From a virus: a stretch of 64,000 nucleotides of DNA. This document shows, piece by piece, positions 48,041-57,043 of the stretch. Each line of letters opens with the position of its first letter. Position 1 is the first letter of the stretch. The notes under the pieces were generated by a model that saw only the letters and a list, made by a program, of their open reading frames with translations, was not told where the DNA came from and did no database searches. The stretch is taken from positions 9,250-73,249 of the IMG/VR virus record IMGVR_UViG_3300024239_000132, one strand, 5' to 3'. Made by a program: the position numbers and the translations under genes.

Positions 48041-48487
48041 TTAAAAAGGGAAGATTGGTTCGATGCTGTCACCTAAAGGAACCGCATCTAAGTTGATCTC
48101 TGGAGTCGGAACAGTAAGTAAACAGCTGTCGTCTGCCGAGGTACGACGTTCCACGTCGCCATCTTCTTCTCCGCAGCGATAGAACTCGTAAGAGAGATCG
48201 AATGCCTCTTCAGCCGTTTCTAGGAGCTGGTTCCATGCTCTGACGCAAGTGTAGTCGTCGTACCACTTCCATCCGGATACTTCTAATTCCAGCATACCGA
48301 ATACGGTCGGCAGATACTGTTCAGCCTTGGCGTCCCAAGTTTTGGTTTCGAAGAGATAGCGCTTTAGGGCGCCATCAAACTCCTTGAGACCCATGTCTTC
48401 TCCGGAGAGCTGCTTTGAAGCAAGCAGAGCAGTGATCTTGTCATTGTCGCCATAAATGATTGAGCGGACGTTTGAGCGGTAGCCCAT
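48041..48487 (-). CDS. Hypothetical protein (paralog A)
   Basis: MGYRSNV...WKWY...YEFYRCGEE. Confidence 0.65.
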   Translation of the reverse strand: MGYRSNVRSIIYGDNDKITALLASKQLSGEDMGLKEFDGALKRYLFETKTWDAKAEQYLPTVFGMLELEVSGWKWYDDYTCVRAWNQLLETAEEAFDLSYEFYRCGEEDGDVERRTSADDSCLLTVPTPEINLDAVPLGDSIEPIFPF

Positions 48488-48513
48488 GGTTTTCCTCGGT
48501 GAGTTGATGGGTC

Positions 48514-48945
48514 TCAGAGAGCCAAGAAAGGTCTCTCAGTATCGGGGATTGGGAGAGCGTCGCTATCTAGTTCATAGCGAAGTCTAAGCATGTTCAGATT
48601 TCTCTCGGACCGGTGAGATATGATTTTACCTCTGCCGGTTTCAGGATTGAATTCAAGATGCTCATATTGGAGCAAGAATAATTGGTCACAATGAACTAGG
48701 AAGTCTTTCCAAAGGGAGCCATTCCATGGAACTTGGCTGTCGAAAAGATCATGAACATTTAAATCGATGACGCCAAGGTTGTCCTCCTTTCCTGAAGTGT
48801 AGGTAGGTAATGAGAGCCTGTAACGCTTCAGGTAAGGAGTGATGTGGTCGAACAGCCCATTGCCTTTGATCAACTGCCATGATGCTATCGCAGCAGTGAT
48901 CGTATCATCAGGGCCATAAATTAGACCCTTGATCCGGAAACTCAT
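48514..48945 (-). CDS. Hypothetical protein (paralog B)
   Basis: LIYGPDDTITAAIASWQL resembles the adjacent gene. Confidence 0.6.
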   Translation of the reverse strand: MSFRIKGLIYGPDDTITAAIASWQLIKGNGLFDHITPYLKRYRLSLPTYTSGKEDNLGVIDLNVHDLFDSQVPWNGSLWKDFLVHCDQLFLLQYEHLEFNPETGRGKIISHRSERNLNMLRLRYELDSDALPIPDTERPFLAL

Positions 48946-49196
48946 TTTTGCAGGGTCTTGGAAAATTGCCGATTGAAGTACCCGGTCATCCACTCTGCCT
49001 GGATCAGGAGAGCTCGCTGTACTGGTGTTGGCTCGATGAACTGGATGACGGGGATAGCTTCTTGCTCCTGTCTATCAGGAGCATTGGGACATTCATTGCC
49101 CAGAGCAAAGCGGATCTCGGTGTCGAGAGCCTTGCAGTGCTTGCACTGTAAGTGAAAGCCCTCGACCTCCGACGGCACCATTTCGTGGTCTGCCAT
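48942..49196 (-). CDS. Hypothetical protein
   Basis: CKHC...CP; RBS GGAGG. Confidence 0.55.
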   Translation of the reverse strand: MADHEMVPSEVEGFHLQCKHCKALDTEIRFALGNECPNAPDRQEQEAIPVIQFIEPTPVQRALLIQAEWMTGYFNRQFSKTLQK

Positions 49197-49198
49197 GG

Positions 49199-49432
49199 TC
49201 AGTCCTCCGGATCATCAACTTCGGAGGATTCGATGGTCCATCCGGTGGCTTCATTGATCGCACTGGTGGCGCCTTCTTCGGATTGAACCGTGTTCCAGGC
49301 TTCGACTTCATCTTCCTCAGGGCTGAGGCTGATCGATACGTAATCCTGAGCTGCCTGAAGTGCTTCGGATTCCGAATCAGCTTCGACGATTACGGAGATT
49401 GAGGCTGTGATGCCTACGGTGAAATTCGCCAT
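49199..49432 (-). CDS. Small acidic protein
   Basis: MANFTVG...VEADSESEA; RBS AGGAG. Confidence 0.6.
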   Translation of the reverse strand: MANFTVGITASISVIVEADSESEALQAAQDYVSISLSPEEDEVEAWNTVQSEEGATSAINEATGWTIESSEVDDPED

Positions 49433-49494
49433 TGTGGTGCTCCTAGAGCTGTAGTTTTCCTCTTGGTTCCCGGATTCGTTGACCGAAAGCCGAG

Positions 49495-49527
49495 AAAAAA
49501 GAGGACCACCCCTTGTGAGGGTGGTCC
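49495..49527 (-). terminator. Terminator downstream of RNAP2
   Basis: GGACCACCC/GGGTGGTCC stem; A run on the left gives a U tail on the - strand. Confidence 0.75.
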
Positions 49528-49638
49528 GATAGTCAAGGGAGAGTGCCTGAAGGCATTTTCTGTTTAGCCAGACGCAAAGTTTGCGCAAGCTATTTTTGGG
49601 ATTGTTCCGTCATTAGACGTAGAAACCCGCAGATTGTA

Positions 49639-50844
49639 TCAGGAAAGTGAGTAGTTGGACGCCGCAATGTCCGCGGCAAGCGTCGGATCGAGCTTACCAA
49701 TCTGGACTTTGCGTCCAATCAGCTGGCTGATGATGCTGGAGAGCAGCTCTGATTCTGCAATCATCTGGAGCTGGAGATTGTACTGCCGGCGCAGATCGTT
49801 GGCGTAGTGGGGCAGACAGCGGAAGCAGTCATGGATGGGCATGACGCTGAACGGCTTGTTCGGGAGGCTGTTGAGCAGCTTGCGAATTACCGCGGCATCG
49901 ACATGACCAAGGTTGTCCTCATTGAGGTGATCCAGGATGCGAGCCGAGAGGTATCCCGTTTCGAGGTAGTTGGTCCACAAGGTGCAGACCATCTTGTCAT
50001 CCTTGGTTCGGTTGAATGTGCCACGAGGCCCTGAGTGAATGGCATCAGCGATCATGTCGACCTTACGCTGGTCATAAGAGCAGCGACGGACGATCTCACG
50101 CACGATCATGCCATCAATGGAGTGAACCATGTTGGCGCCGAGAGCCCTGCCCTCTGGCATGGGCTGGTTCACCTTGTAGCTGATCTCGATCGGCTGCTCG
50201 TCGAAGTGAATCGTCTCATAGACGGTATCCATGACCTTGGTTCGAACGTGGAAATTGTCCGGGAGAACCCAGTCATGGCTAAGTGTTGTGGGATTCCACA
50301 GATCTCGCATGGTCTCATTGAGTTCCCAGGCAGCTGGGCAGAATTCCTTGAGGATATCGTAGAAGAGCTCGAGGAGCTCACCTTCTCCGAAGATCTTCTT
50401 GGGCATGGCAGTGGAGCTATAGAGCGAGGTCATAATCGCTTGCTTGGTATCGCTCCGCTTGATCTTGGCATTGCCACCTGAGCGCTGGAGCATCAGGTCA
50501 TAGATATTGGTGTAAGCGTCCTCACGGTGGCCAGTGTCGACGACATTGCAGAGCTCGGCAGCTGAGCGATCACCGGTAAGGCAAGCAAGAATCTGAAGCC
50601 CACTGGAAGTGGCATCGAGACCCACGCAGTAGCCAATAGGCAGACCCTTCTGAACCTCCCTGTACGCCTTTACAGCGGCGAAATAGAGGGCAGGTTCTTC
50701 TGCCTGGGTCATCAGGCTCTCGAGGTGAGGCTCATTGGCCTCGAACCAGGCAAGGCGATCGTCCCAGTCGAGCTTGTCGTGGCCCATGTGGTTGGCGATA
50801 TCGATCTGAAGGTACTGCTTTCCGGTGAAGAGTTGCATGGTCAT
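49639..50844 (-). CDS. RNA polymerase II subunit 2 (N4 gp16-like)
   Basis: YLQIDIAN, DATSSGLQ, RSDTKQAIMTSLYSS, NMVHSIDG, IHDCF. Confidence 0.93.
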   Translation of the reverse strand: MTMQLFTGKQYLQIDIANHMGHDKLDWDDRLAWFEANEPHLESLMTQAEEPALYFAAVKAYREVQKGLPIGYCVGLDATSSGLQILACLTGDRSAAELCNVVDTGHREDAYTNIYDLMLQRSGGNAKIKRSDTKQAIMTSLYSSTAMPKKIFGEGELLELFYDILKEFCPAAWELNETMRDLWNPTTLSHDWVLPDNFHVRTKVMDTVYETIHFDEQPIEISYKVNQPMPEGRALGANMVHSIDGMIVREIVRRCSYDQRKVDMIADAIHSGPRGTFNRTKDDKMVCTLWTNYLETGYLSARILDHLNEDNLGHVDAAVIRKLLNSLPNKPFSVMPIHDCFRCLPHYANDLRRQYNLQLQMIAESELLSSIISQLIGRKVQIGKLDPTLAADIAASNYSLS

Positions 50845-50857
50845 GGTTCGGTTTCCT

Positions 50858-51049
50858 TCAGTGTTCGACTTCAGCAGATATAAAAGAGGTGACGCCAGCT
50901 GGCGGCTGTATTCCGAGACCTCGAATGAGATGGTATCCGCTGCCCTGATGCTTGAGCACGATGCCGTACCTGTCCCAGACACCTGGGAAGACGACACGCT
51001 GACCCGGTTGGGCAGTGGTGCGGAGCTGGTAGAGAAATCCGTGAGCCAA
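50858..51049 (-). CDS. Hypothetical protein
   Basis: TTG start with AGGAG RBS. Confidence 0.5.
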   Translation of the reverse strand: MAHGFLYQLRTTAQPGQRVVFPGVWDRYGIVLKHQGSGYHLIRGLGIQPPAGVTSFISAEVEH

Positions 51050-51185
51050 GGTGGACTCCTGTTGGCAATAAAAAGCCGACCGTCAGGGGGACTGGCGGCC
51101 GGCGTGTGTGGCTATGATGTGTGGTTTGATTAACGCATGATCAGTCTCCTGGGTTTGAGCGAGTGCCGAACCAAGAAAAGGACTA

Positions 51186-51434
51186 TCACTGAACCTCGGG
51201 CAATTCGTCGGTCCACCAAGCTAAGAGATGAGGTCCTTTCAGAATGACATCCAGAGGTGGTACAGCAGGTATGTGGAATATCCTTTCGGGAATTCTGTCC
51301 GCTTCTTCCTCGATGTCATCTATTACCCAGTCAGCTTGCTTCCATAAGTACGCAGCCTCATTCGGAGTATTGGCCCAGACTAGGCCATCGTAGTTTTCCC
51401 GCCCTACTTGTTTCATTACAATGTAAAGGTTCAT
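51186..51434 (-). CDS. Hypothetical protein
   Basis: TGATG coupling. Confidence 0.55.
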   Translation of the reverse strand: MNLYIVMKQVGRENYDGLVWANTPNEAAYLWKQADWVIDDIEEEADRIPERIFHIPAVPPLDVILKGPHLLAWWTDELPEVQ

Positions 51435-51655
51435 CAGCTGTCCTTGCGTCCGAGGATCTCATAGACATGATCCCACAGGGCTCGATCGACGATCCGTCGG
51501 TCCCCGAAGAACCAGACTGAGACAACATCCTGGCGCCATATGCCATCATCTCCCATTACGAGAGCAGGAGCTCCCGGAACACCGAATACGGGCTCGGAGA
51601 TGATGTGACCTTCACAGGTCAAGGGCGAGTCATTGGTGTTGAGTTGAGTAGCCAT
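51434..51655 (-). CDS. Hypothetical protein
   Basis: Coupled ORF in the early operon. Confidence 0.55.
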   Translation of the reverse strand: MATQLNTNDSPLTCEGHIISEPVFGVPGAPALVMGDDGIWRQDVVSVWFFGDRRIVDRALWDHVYEILGRKDS

Positions 51656-51657
51656 GA

Positions 51658-51906
51658 TTAATCTCGCTTAGGTGGGAGATAGCTGATCAGATTCTCGATC
51701 TGATCCAGGCGAGTACGCAGCATTTGCAGGTTCTCAGGGGTGGCTTCACCCAAAGGAACCAGGGCCTCTACAGAGTCACCATTCATGTGTTTGATTGAGA
51801 GCTGTCGATCAGCGTCGACGACGAGGTAGCTGGCTTGCCTACCCTTCAGAAAGAATCTGAAGGAGGCTGAACCAGGCTCCTGCTTGAGGAGTCGGAGAGC
51901 GACCAT
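51658..51906 (-). CDS. Hypothetical protein
   Basis: 82-aa ORF. Confidence 0.5.
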   Translation of the reverse strand: MVALRLLKQEPGSASFRFFLKGRQASYLVVDADRQLSIKHMNGDSVEALVPLGEATPENLQMLRTRLDQIENLISYLPPKRD

Positions 51907-52110
51907 AATTCATGCTCGGTGTCTGGTATTCATGGGTATGGGCTTCGGTTGAGCCCTGATTGGTCTGGCCCTTAGGGCATCAGACTTGAACTTTGAAGGT
52001 TTAATTCTCCTTTGTGATCCTGCTCCACGTTCAGTGAGTATGATCTGAACCAGAAAGTGAAGCAGGATATCGGTGGTCAAGGTGGATCACTCCTGAGAAT
52101 TGTCAGGAGT

Positions 52111-52956
52111 TTATTCCACTAGCTCCTTGTCAGCAAGCTGGACTACGGCCTTGTTCCAGCTCGTGCCCATGTACGAAATGAAATAGCCCTGACAGTACGT
52201 CCGACCTCGCTTGTCGTACTTGTGGGTGAGGTAGAAGCTGTTGCCTAAGGACAGGATCTTGCCGATCACTTCCTTGGCTCCGCGGTCGTATTTTTCAAAC
52301 GCACGGACACGCTTTTGGAAGTCGGTCTTGGACTCGCCTTCCTTGGGCTTGTCGAGGTTACGCCACTCATTGCGAACCAGGAATGCCGTACCCTCGTCGA
52401 TCGAGAAGCGGATCTTGTTCATGCGATTGATGTGGTCGAGGCACACATCGTCATCATGATGGTTCTGCTTCAGGATGATCGAGCCACGGGCAGTGAGGTA
52501 GCCGGTCTCACGGTTGTTGGTTACCGGCTCTGGTTCGATGACCATAGGCAGTGGGAACTGGTACTTGGCAATCTCTTCGTGGACTTCAGGCCCTACGTCG
52601 AACTCCATGATGAACTTGCCGGTGATCTCGTCATAAGTGACCAGATCAACCTCGGCACACTTGTAGAGCATGTCAGCAGCCAGCTGGCTGGCATTGTGAA
52701 GAGGCTCGAAGTGCTTACGCAGGATGCCCACCAGAGTGCTGACATCAGCACGCTTGTGCAGGACCATCTGAACCAGAAGTTCGATACCGAACTCTGGCAG
52801 GATCGAGTGCTCCTTCATGTGGGCTACGAAATCTTCCTCCTCGCACTCAAGGAATTCCTTGCGAATGCGTGGGAGGAGCTGGTTCTTCGAATAAAGGTGC
52901 TCCAGCTCCATCTGGAGATCCAGACGAGCAGCGTCGATGTCGGTTCTAGCGAGCAA
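52111..52956 (-). CDS. RNA polymerase II subunit 1 (N4 gp15-like)
   Basis: YQFPLPMV, DVCLDHIN, YDKRGRTY (DxRGR motif). Confidence 0.93.
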   Translation of the reverse strand: MLARTDIDAARLDLQMELEHLYSKNQLLPRIRKEFLECEEEDFVAHMKEHSILPEFGIELLVQMVLHKRADVSTLVGILRKHFEPLHNASQLAADMLYKCAEVDLVTYDEITGKFIMEFDVGPEVHEEIAKYQFPLPMVIEPEPVTNNRETGYLTARGSIILKQNHHDDDVCLDHINRMNKIRFSIDEGTAFLVRNEWRNLDKPKEGESKTDFQKRVRAFEKYDRGAKEVIGKILSLGNSFYLTHKYDKRGRTYCQGYFISYMGTSWNKAVVQLADKELVE

Positions 52957-53188
52957 TGATACTCTCCTTCAGCTTATCTCGTAGGGATGCTTTGAGGTAG
53001 CGACGCTTGAAACCCATGAGTTCACGGGTGGCATCTGCTGCATCGATGGCTTCTTTGGTCTCAGCTGAGCCAAATTCGCCTATCATCATTTTTCGATGAC
53101 TGACCCGTCTCTCGAAATCCTCGATAGACACATGCTCCCAAGCGACCTCCTCGACAGTCTTCGAGGCCATGTCTGATCGGACGGTCAT
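52946..53188 (-). CDS. Early mini-protein family member 5
   Basis: VEEVAWEH...MIGEFGSAETKEAI...ELMG. Confidence 0.6.
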   Translation of the reverse strand: MTVRSDMASKTVEEVAWEHVSIEDFERRVSHRKMMIGEFGSAETKEAIDAADATRELMGFKRRYLKASLRDKLKESIIAR

Positions 53189-53487
53189 GGATCTGTCCCT
53201 TCAGCGTACATGTTGAACCCTGCCCAGTAGCCTTCTGGTTCTCCTTTCGAATATGAAATGGACACAACATCTCGGTGAGCTCTGGCAAGTTTGCCGGCTC
53301 TGCTGATGATGTCTTTGGTCTTGTTGTTGAGCGGTCGATCCCCGATCCATAAATGGATGTTCACACCGTCAGGACCTGCAAGCTCAGTATCGTAGGGGAT
53401 TGGATCTTCCCCTTTGAGCCAGATGGTTCCTTCAGCTTTGGTGTTGGGATTGGGGATCTGGATGGGACTGCGAGAAGCCCGTCTCAT
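53185..53487 (-). CDS. Hypothetical protein
   Basis: ATGA overlaps on both sides. Confidence 0.5.
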   Translation of the reverse strand: MRRASRSPIQIPNPNTKAEGTIWLKGEDPIPYDTELAGPDGVNIHLWIGDRPLNNKTKDIISRAGKLARAHRDVVSISYSKGEPEGYWAGFNMYAEGTDP

Positions 53488-53669
53488 GCTGCATGTCCGC
53501 GGATAAGGGCATCGACGATCAGCTGTCGACGGCGCTTCTCTGCTGCCACTTTGGAGATGAGACCAGGATTGCATTGAACCAGGTAGGGATAGCTCCCTTG
53601 GGTCGTGTGTCCTGCTTTCAGGGTGATGAGGTCATCACTGCGAAAGGTGAATGGAAAGATGTTGGTCAT
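53484..53669 (-). CDS. Hypothetical protein
   Basis: ATGA overlap. Confidence 0.55.
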   Translation of the reverse strand: MTNIFPFTFRSDDLITLKAGHTTQGSYPYLVQCNPGLISKVAAEKRRRQLIVDALIRGHAA

Positions 53670-53857
53670 GCTTCACCTGATTCGACTACGTCGACCCACT
53701 CAATACGGCATTCTCCGTCATGAGCTTCGCAGTAACTGCCTTTGTCGAAGGTAGTGGAAAGTTCCCATTGATTGGTCTCGAGGTTCCAGGATGCATAAGC
53801 ATCAGCGAGTACCTCATCGCTCCCACACGAGGAGCATACAGGTTTTTGTTTGGTCAT
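53666..53857 (-). CDS. Zinc-ribbon protein
   Basis: CSSCGSDEVLADA...W...YCEAH; first gene after a vRNAP promoter. Confidence 0.65.
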   Translation of the reverse strand: MTKQKPVCSSCGSDEVLADAYASWNLETNQWELSTTFDKGSYCEAHDGECRIEWVDVVESGEA

Positions 53858-53878
53858 GATCTTATCCTTGGTTCAGAG

Positions 53879-53898
53879 CCCAAGAGGCGCGAAGCGCC
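53879..53898 (-). promoter_or_regulatory. vRNAP hairpin promoter
   Basis: Template (+) strand CCC-AAGA-GGCGC-GAA-GCGCC matches the N4 pattern xCC-N4-stem-GNA-stem. Confidence 0.85.
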
Positions 53899-53904
53899 AG
53901 GGCA

Positions 53905-54099
53905 TTAGGGAACCAGAAGCCGAACTGTATCGATCGCTCTGCCTAAGGCATCGAACACGGCATCTTCAGGAAAGCGTCTGAGCATCTCCTGAAACATGTT
54001 CCATCTTATATCCTGGGCTGCCCTGTTATCCAGCCAGTCGGGGAACAGGTAGGGATAATGCTCGTATTCCAGAGCGAGTTCATCGAGGCTTTTGGTCAT
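53905..54099 (-). CDS. Early mini-protein family member 4
   Basis: LDELALEY...MLRRFPEDAVFDALGR. Confidence 0.6.
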   Translation of the reverse strand: MTKSLDELALEYEHYPYLFPDWLDNRAAQDIRWNMFQEMLRRFPEDAVFDALGRAIDTVRLLVP

Positions 54100-54290
54100 T
54101 GACCCATCAAGGCTTTGATCTCGTACCATCGCTCGATCGCTCTCTTGGTGGCCTTCTTCCCATGAAGCCGGATCATCTTAAGATAGATCTGGTCACGGGT
54201 GTTGTGGCTTTCCAACCATTTCCAGTCGGCCACTGGTTTTGTGAATACGAAGCGTTTCGCCAAGAGCTCAAGGTCTTTGTTGGCTTTCAT
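54096..54290 (-). CDS. Early mini-protein family member 3
   Basis: LELLAKRF...MIRLHGKKATKRAIER...LMG. Confidence 0.6.
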   Translation of the reverse strand: MKANKDLELLAKRFVFTKPVADWKWLESHNTRDQIYLKMIRLHGKKATKRAIERWYEIKALMGQ

Positions 54291-54451
54291 AGTCCCATCA
54301 GCTTTCTGATTACTTGAGCTCTACGAATGGCGTCTGCGGCTGCTTGGCTGCCATAAAGGACATCCATTCTTTGGCGTCGGTTCCATTTTTCAGTGACGCT
54401 CTTGGAGCAGCAATATTCAGCAGCCAGTTGATCAAGATCAGGCTTGCTCAT
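54287..54451 (-). CDS. Early mini-protein family member 2
   Basis: LDQLAAEY...MDVLYGSQAAADAIRR...LMG. Confidence 0.6.
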   Translation of the reverse strand: MSKPDLDQLAAEYCCSKSVTEKWNRRQRMDVLYGSQAAADAIRRAQVIRKLMGL

Positions 54452-54630
54452 TGCTTGGCTCCGATGAGCTCGAAAACATGACGCATCCTTCTGATGGCCC
54501 TGTCTGTCTCGACACCACCGAATACACCGCACATCTGTGCATAGAGGGTGATACTATGGTGTACCGAGATCGATGGATCGAGGTACTTGGCAGCCAGTTC
54601 TTCGAGGGATTCTCGCTTAGCTTTTGCCAT
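54448..54630 (-). CDS. Early mini-protein family member 1
   Basis: LEELAAKY...MCGVFGGVETDRAIRR...LIG. Confidence 0.6.
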   Translation of the reverse strand: MAKAKRESLEELAAKYLDPSISVHHSITLYAQMCGVFGGVETDRAIRRMRHVFELIGAKQ

Positions 54631-54871
54631 GGTGAGATAACCTTGCCATCAGCTGCCGACCGCTCTCGCTACGCTTCGCGATCTGGCAGCTTGAATGCCT
54701 GGTGAAGAGGGATGTGTAGTAGGCAACAGTTTTGCCTGTCACATCCTTCCTGGCTCGCTCCGCTGCCGATGGGACAAGCACAATAGGCTTGCCGCATATG
54801 GTGCAGTTAGAGGCCACGGTCTTTGATCTCGTTCTGACGAGCAAGTTCAGCCTTACCACTGGCCCACTCAT
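54617..54871 (-). CDS. Zinc-binding hypothetical protein (start uncertain)
   Basis: CTICGKPIVLVPSAAERA...HSSC. Confidence 0.55.
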   Translation of the reverse strand: MSGPVVRLNLLVRTRSKTVASNCTICGKPIVLVPSAAERARKDVTGKTVAYYTSLFTRHSSCQIAKRSESGRQLMARLSHHGKS

Positions 54872-55079
54872 CGTAGTCCTCTTCTCCGCCTCGGATGAAC
54901 ATCTCGTCGATCTCGTTATCAGTGAGCCTGATGCGATTGCCGAAGTCTGTCTCTATTTCCCACAAGGGTCTGCCCTTGAGATAGTCGAGCATGGACTGAC
55001 AGATATCTTCGTCAGGGATCTGCCGGCGAACGATGGCATTGCCCATTCGTCTGGGCTCTTTGGTGTAGAGGATCAGCAT
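54807..55079 (-). CDS. Hypothetical protein
   Basis: RBS AAGG; 90 aa. Confidence 0.55.
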   Translation of the reverse strand: MLILYTKEPRRMGNAIVRRQIPDEDICQSMLDYLKGRPLWEIETDFGNRIRLTDNEIDEMFIRGGEEDYDEWASGKAELARQNEIKDRGL

Positions 55080-55162
55080 ATCATTTGCCTTTCAGGCACA
55101 AGAGAAAGAGCAGCCGATCGAATGACCGGCTGCCTCTCAAGGATGATGATGACGCTTGTTGC

Positions 55163-55582
55163 TTACGCTGCGAGCTTGAAGCTCTGGACTCGGCCGAGCT
55201 TCTTGTCAGCCCAGTCAAGACGTTGACGATAGTTCATGCCTGCAAGCATTAGCAGGACATTGGCATGATCAGTGCTGTGACACAGCAAGTTCATGCCTTG
55301 GAGGTGATCGATCTCTTCGAGAATCGTATCTGTGTGTGCGAGCAGGATCTCATAGCGTTCCAGGCACTCTTCAGGTGTGCCATCTACGCCAGCTCGAAAT
55401 GGGTTTGCCCAGACCGATCCCTGGTCAACATATACGGTATTGGCCGGCAGGATACTTGAGGGAATATCCTTGCTATTCAGCACCTTACCCGTCCGCGGTG
55501 CTTGGCCCGTCGTCGACTGCATTTCACTCGTTCCTTGAATCATTGTTGTCTTTCCAAGGGGCAAGAGCCCCAGGAAAAACAA
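55163..55582 (-). CDS. DUF4326-like protein (start probably at MQSTT)
   Basis: VYV..GSVWANPF...DGT...LQGMNLLC...HANVL. Confidence 0.7.
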   Translation of the reverse strand: MFFLGLLPLGKTTMIQGTSEMQSTTGQAPRTGKVLNSKDIPSSILPANTVYVDQGSVWANPFRAGVDGTPEECLERYEILLAHTDTILEEIDHLQGMNLLCHSTDHANVLLMLAGMNYRQRLDWADKKLGRVQSFKLAA

Positions 55583-55610
55583 AGCGGTTACGAACCGCCA
55601 CCAGACTTAC

Positions 55611-55836
55611 TCCACCTTTAGTTGGATACCGGAATTGGCTTTCCGGTTTTGTTCCCGTCCGACCCCACAATTAACACAGGTTTAACCTTGTGCAAGTGGG
55701 TTGCGATGAGAATCTATCGACAGAATTTTTAGGTCTGTTGGTGTTCTAGCTCACTTTTGCGGAAAAGTGCTGATTCTGAACTTTTAGCATATCGCCGGTT
55801 GAATCGAGTCTGAACTATCCTCGACATAAAGTTGGA
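55611..55836. ncRNA. Candidate structured RNA downstream of gp2
   Basis: Closing TCCACCTTTA/TAAAGTTGGA and at least six internal hairpins; no ORF. Confidence 0.4.
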
Positions 55837-55871
55837 AGGCCCCCTACTTTCGTAGAGGGCCCCCGGTAGCG

Positions 55872-56312
55872 TTAAGCTGCCTCTGGCATGGCCAGAGAGA
55901 ACTTCGGAGCGAATCGATCGCTCACGGCGACAGGTGCTTCGGTTTCGGATTCACGACGACGCATCTGGATCACCAGACCACCTTCCGAACCAGGCATGCT
56001 GAGGATGATCTCTTCGCCTGGTGCCAGCGATTCCGCCATCTTCTGGAGGTCGGCCAGCAGTGCGTTCTTGGCTGCAACGAATGCAGCATAGTCGGTGTCA
56101 CCACGACGAGGCGTCTGTGCCTGCTGCATGGTATCAAGACCGATGCCAAAGGGCAGCGATACGAACGGATAGTCCGCATCACCGGTCTCGTAACCGATGT
56201 TGAGGTAGACGTCCGAACGGATCTTCTCTTCAGCCTGGGCGTGATGTCCAAGGACAGCCTGGCCGAACGTCTTCTTGGCAGGAGCAGCGGCAGTGTTGTT
56301 ACGACGGATCAT
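55872..56312 (-). CDS. ssDNA-binding RNAPII coactivator (N4 gp2-like)
   Basis: YLNIGY...FVSLPFGIGLD...LAPGEE...IQMRR; directly after a vRNAP promoter. Confidence 0.85.
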   Translation of the reverse strand: MIRRNNTAAAPAKKTFGQAVLGHHAQAEEKIRSDVYLNIGYETGDADYPFVSLPFGIGLDTMQQAQTPRRGDTDYAAFVAAKNALLADLQKMAESLAPGEEIILSMPGSEGGLVIQMRRRESETEAPVAVSDRFAPKFSLAMPEAA

Positions 56313-56370
56313 GAGTATTTCCTTACGTTGGGGTTCAAGATGGTCGGCCCGTTGACGGATGAGCCGAACC

Positions 56371-56390
56371 ACCAAAAGACGCGAAGCGTC
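56371..56390 (-). promoter_or_regulatory. vRNAP hairpin promoter
   Basis: ACC-AAAA-GACGC-GAA-GCGTC, near-identical in layout to N4 P2. Confidence 0.9.
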
Positions 56391-56403
56391 CAGCTAGGGT
56401 TGA

Positions 56404-56598
56404 TTAAGCCTTAGGCTTGCGGAGCATCCACAAGTTGATCGCTGCGTTGAACAGCAGGATCCACATGGCAATGCCGAGGCCATGCCAGTCGAACATGAGC
56501 GGAGTACCGTCTGTGTTCTCCTGTGCAGCAATGAGCAGAGCCACTGCTGCGAACATGAGTGCGTTGCATATGTACACGTTTTGTTCTCCTTTATGCAC
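56404..56598 (-). CDS. Small membrane protein
   Basis: Two hydrophobic segments; true start probably GTG at about 56577. Confidence 0.5.
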   Translation of the reverse strand: MHKGEQNVYICNALMFAAVALLIAAQENTDGTPLMFDWHGLGIAMWILLFNAAINLWMLRKPKA

Positions 56599-57043
56599 CG
56601 ATGATGTGGTTGATGAAGCTCATGCCGTAGAGGTAGATCAGCACCCAGAGGAGCAGTGACAGACCAAGGCAGAGGAGCATCCTGACGGGAATGGAAAGCA
56701 TAGCTTCAGGCCCTTAGATTCAGGAGTTTATGGTATTGCCTGGTGACCCGAATGTAATCGAGCCACGCAGCAATATGAGCGAAGTGGTAGCCGTCGAAGT
56801 ACGAGGCTTCACTGTAGTTGAGCAGGTTCATCACGGCCCTATGAATTGGGGAACCAGTGAGAGATGATCCCACTGGTTCAGGTGATTAGATGTCCTCGAT
56901 CGAGCCAATGCTGATGAGGTGATTATAAGCCTCAGATATGGAGCCAAGCTCACATACAATGAGACGATCAGCTTCCTGCTCGCCTACTGCATCCTCGATG
57001 AGTTCGAGCATGAGTGCTTCGGACATGAGATGATCTCCTTGGT

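Noticed and set aside
51130-51150. Minigene ATG-CGT-TAA after an AGGAG RBS on the - strand
   Set aside because: Could be a decayed gene start or chance; too little evidence
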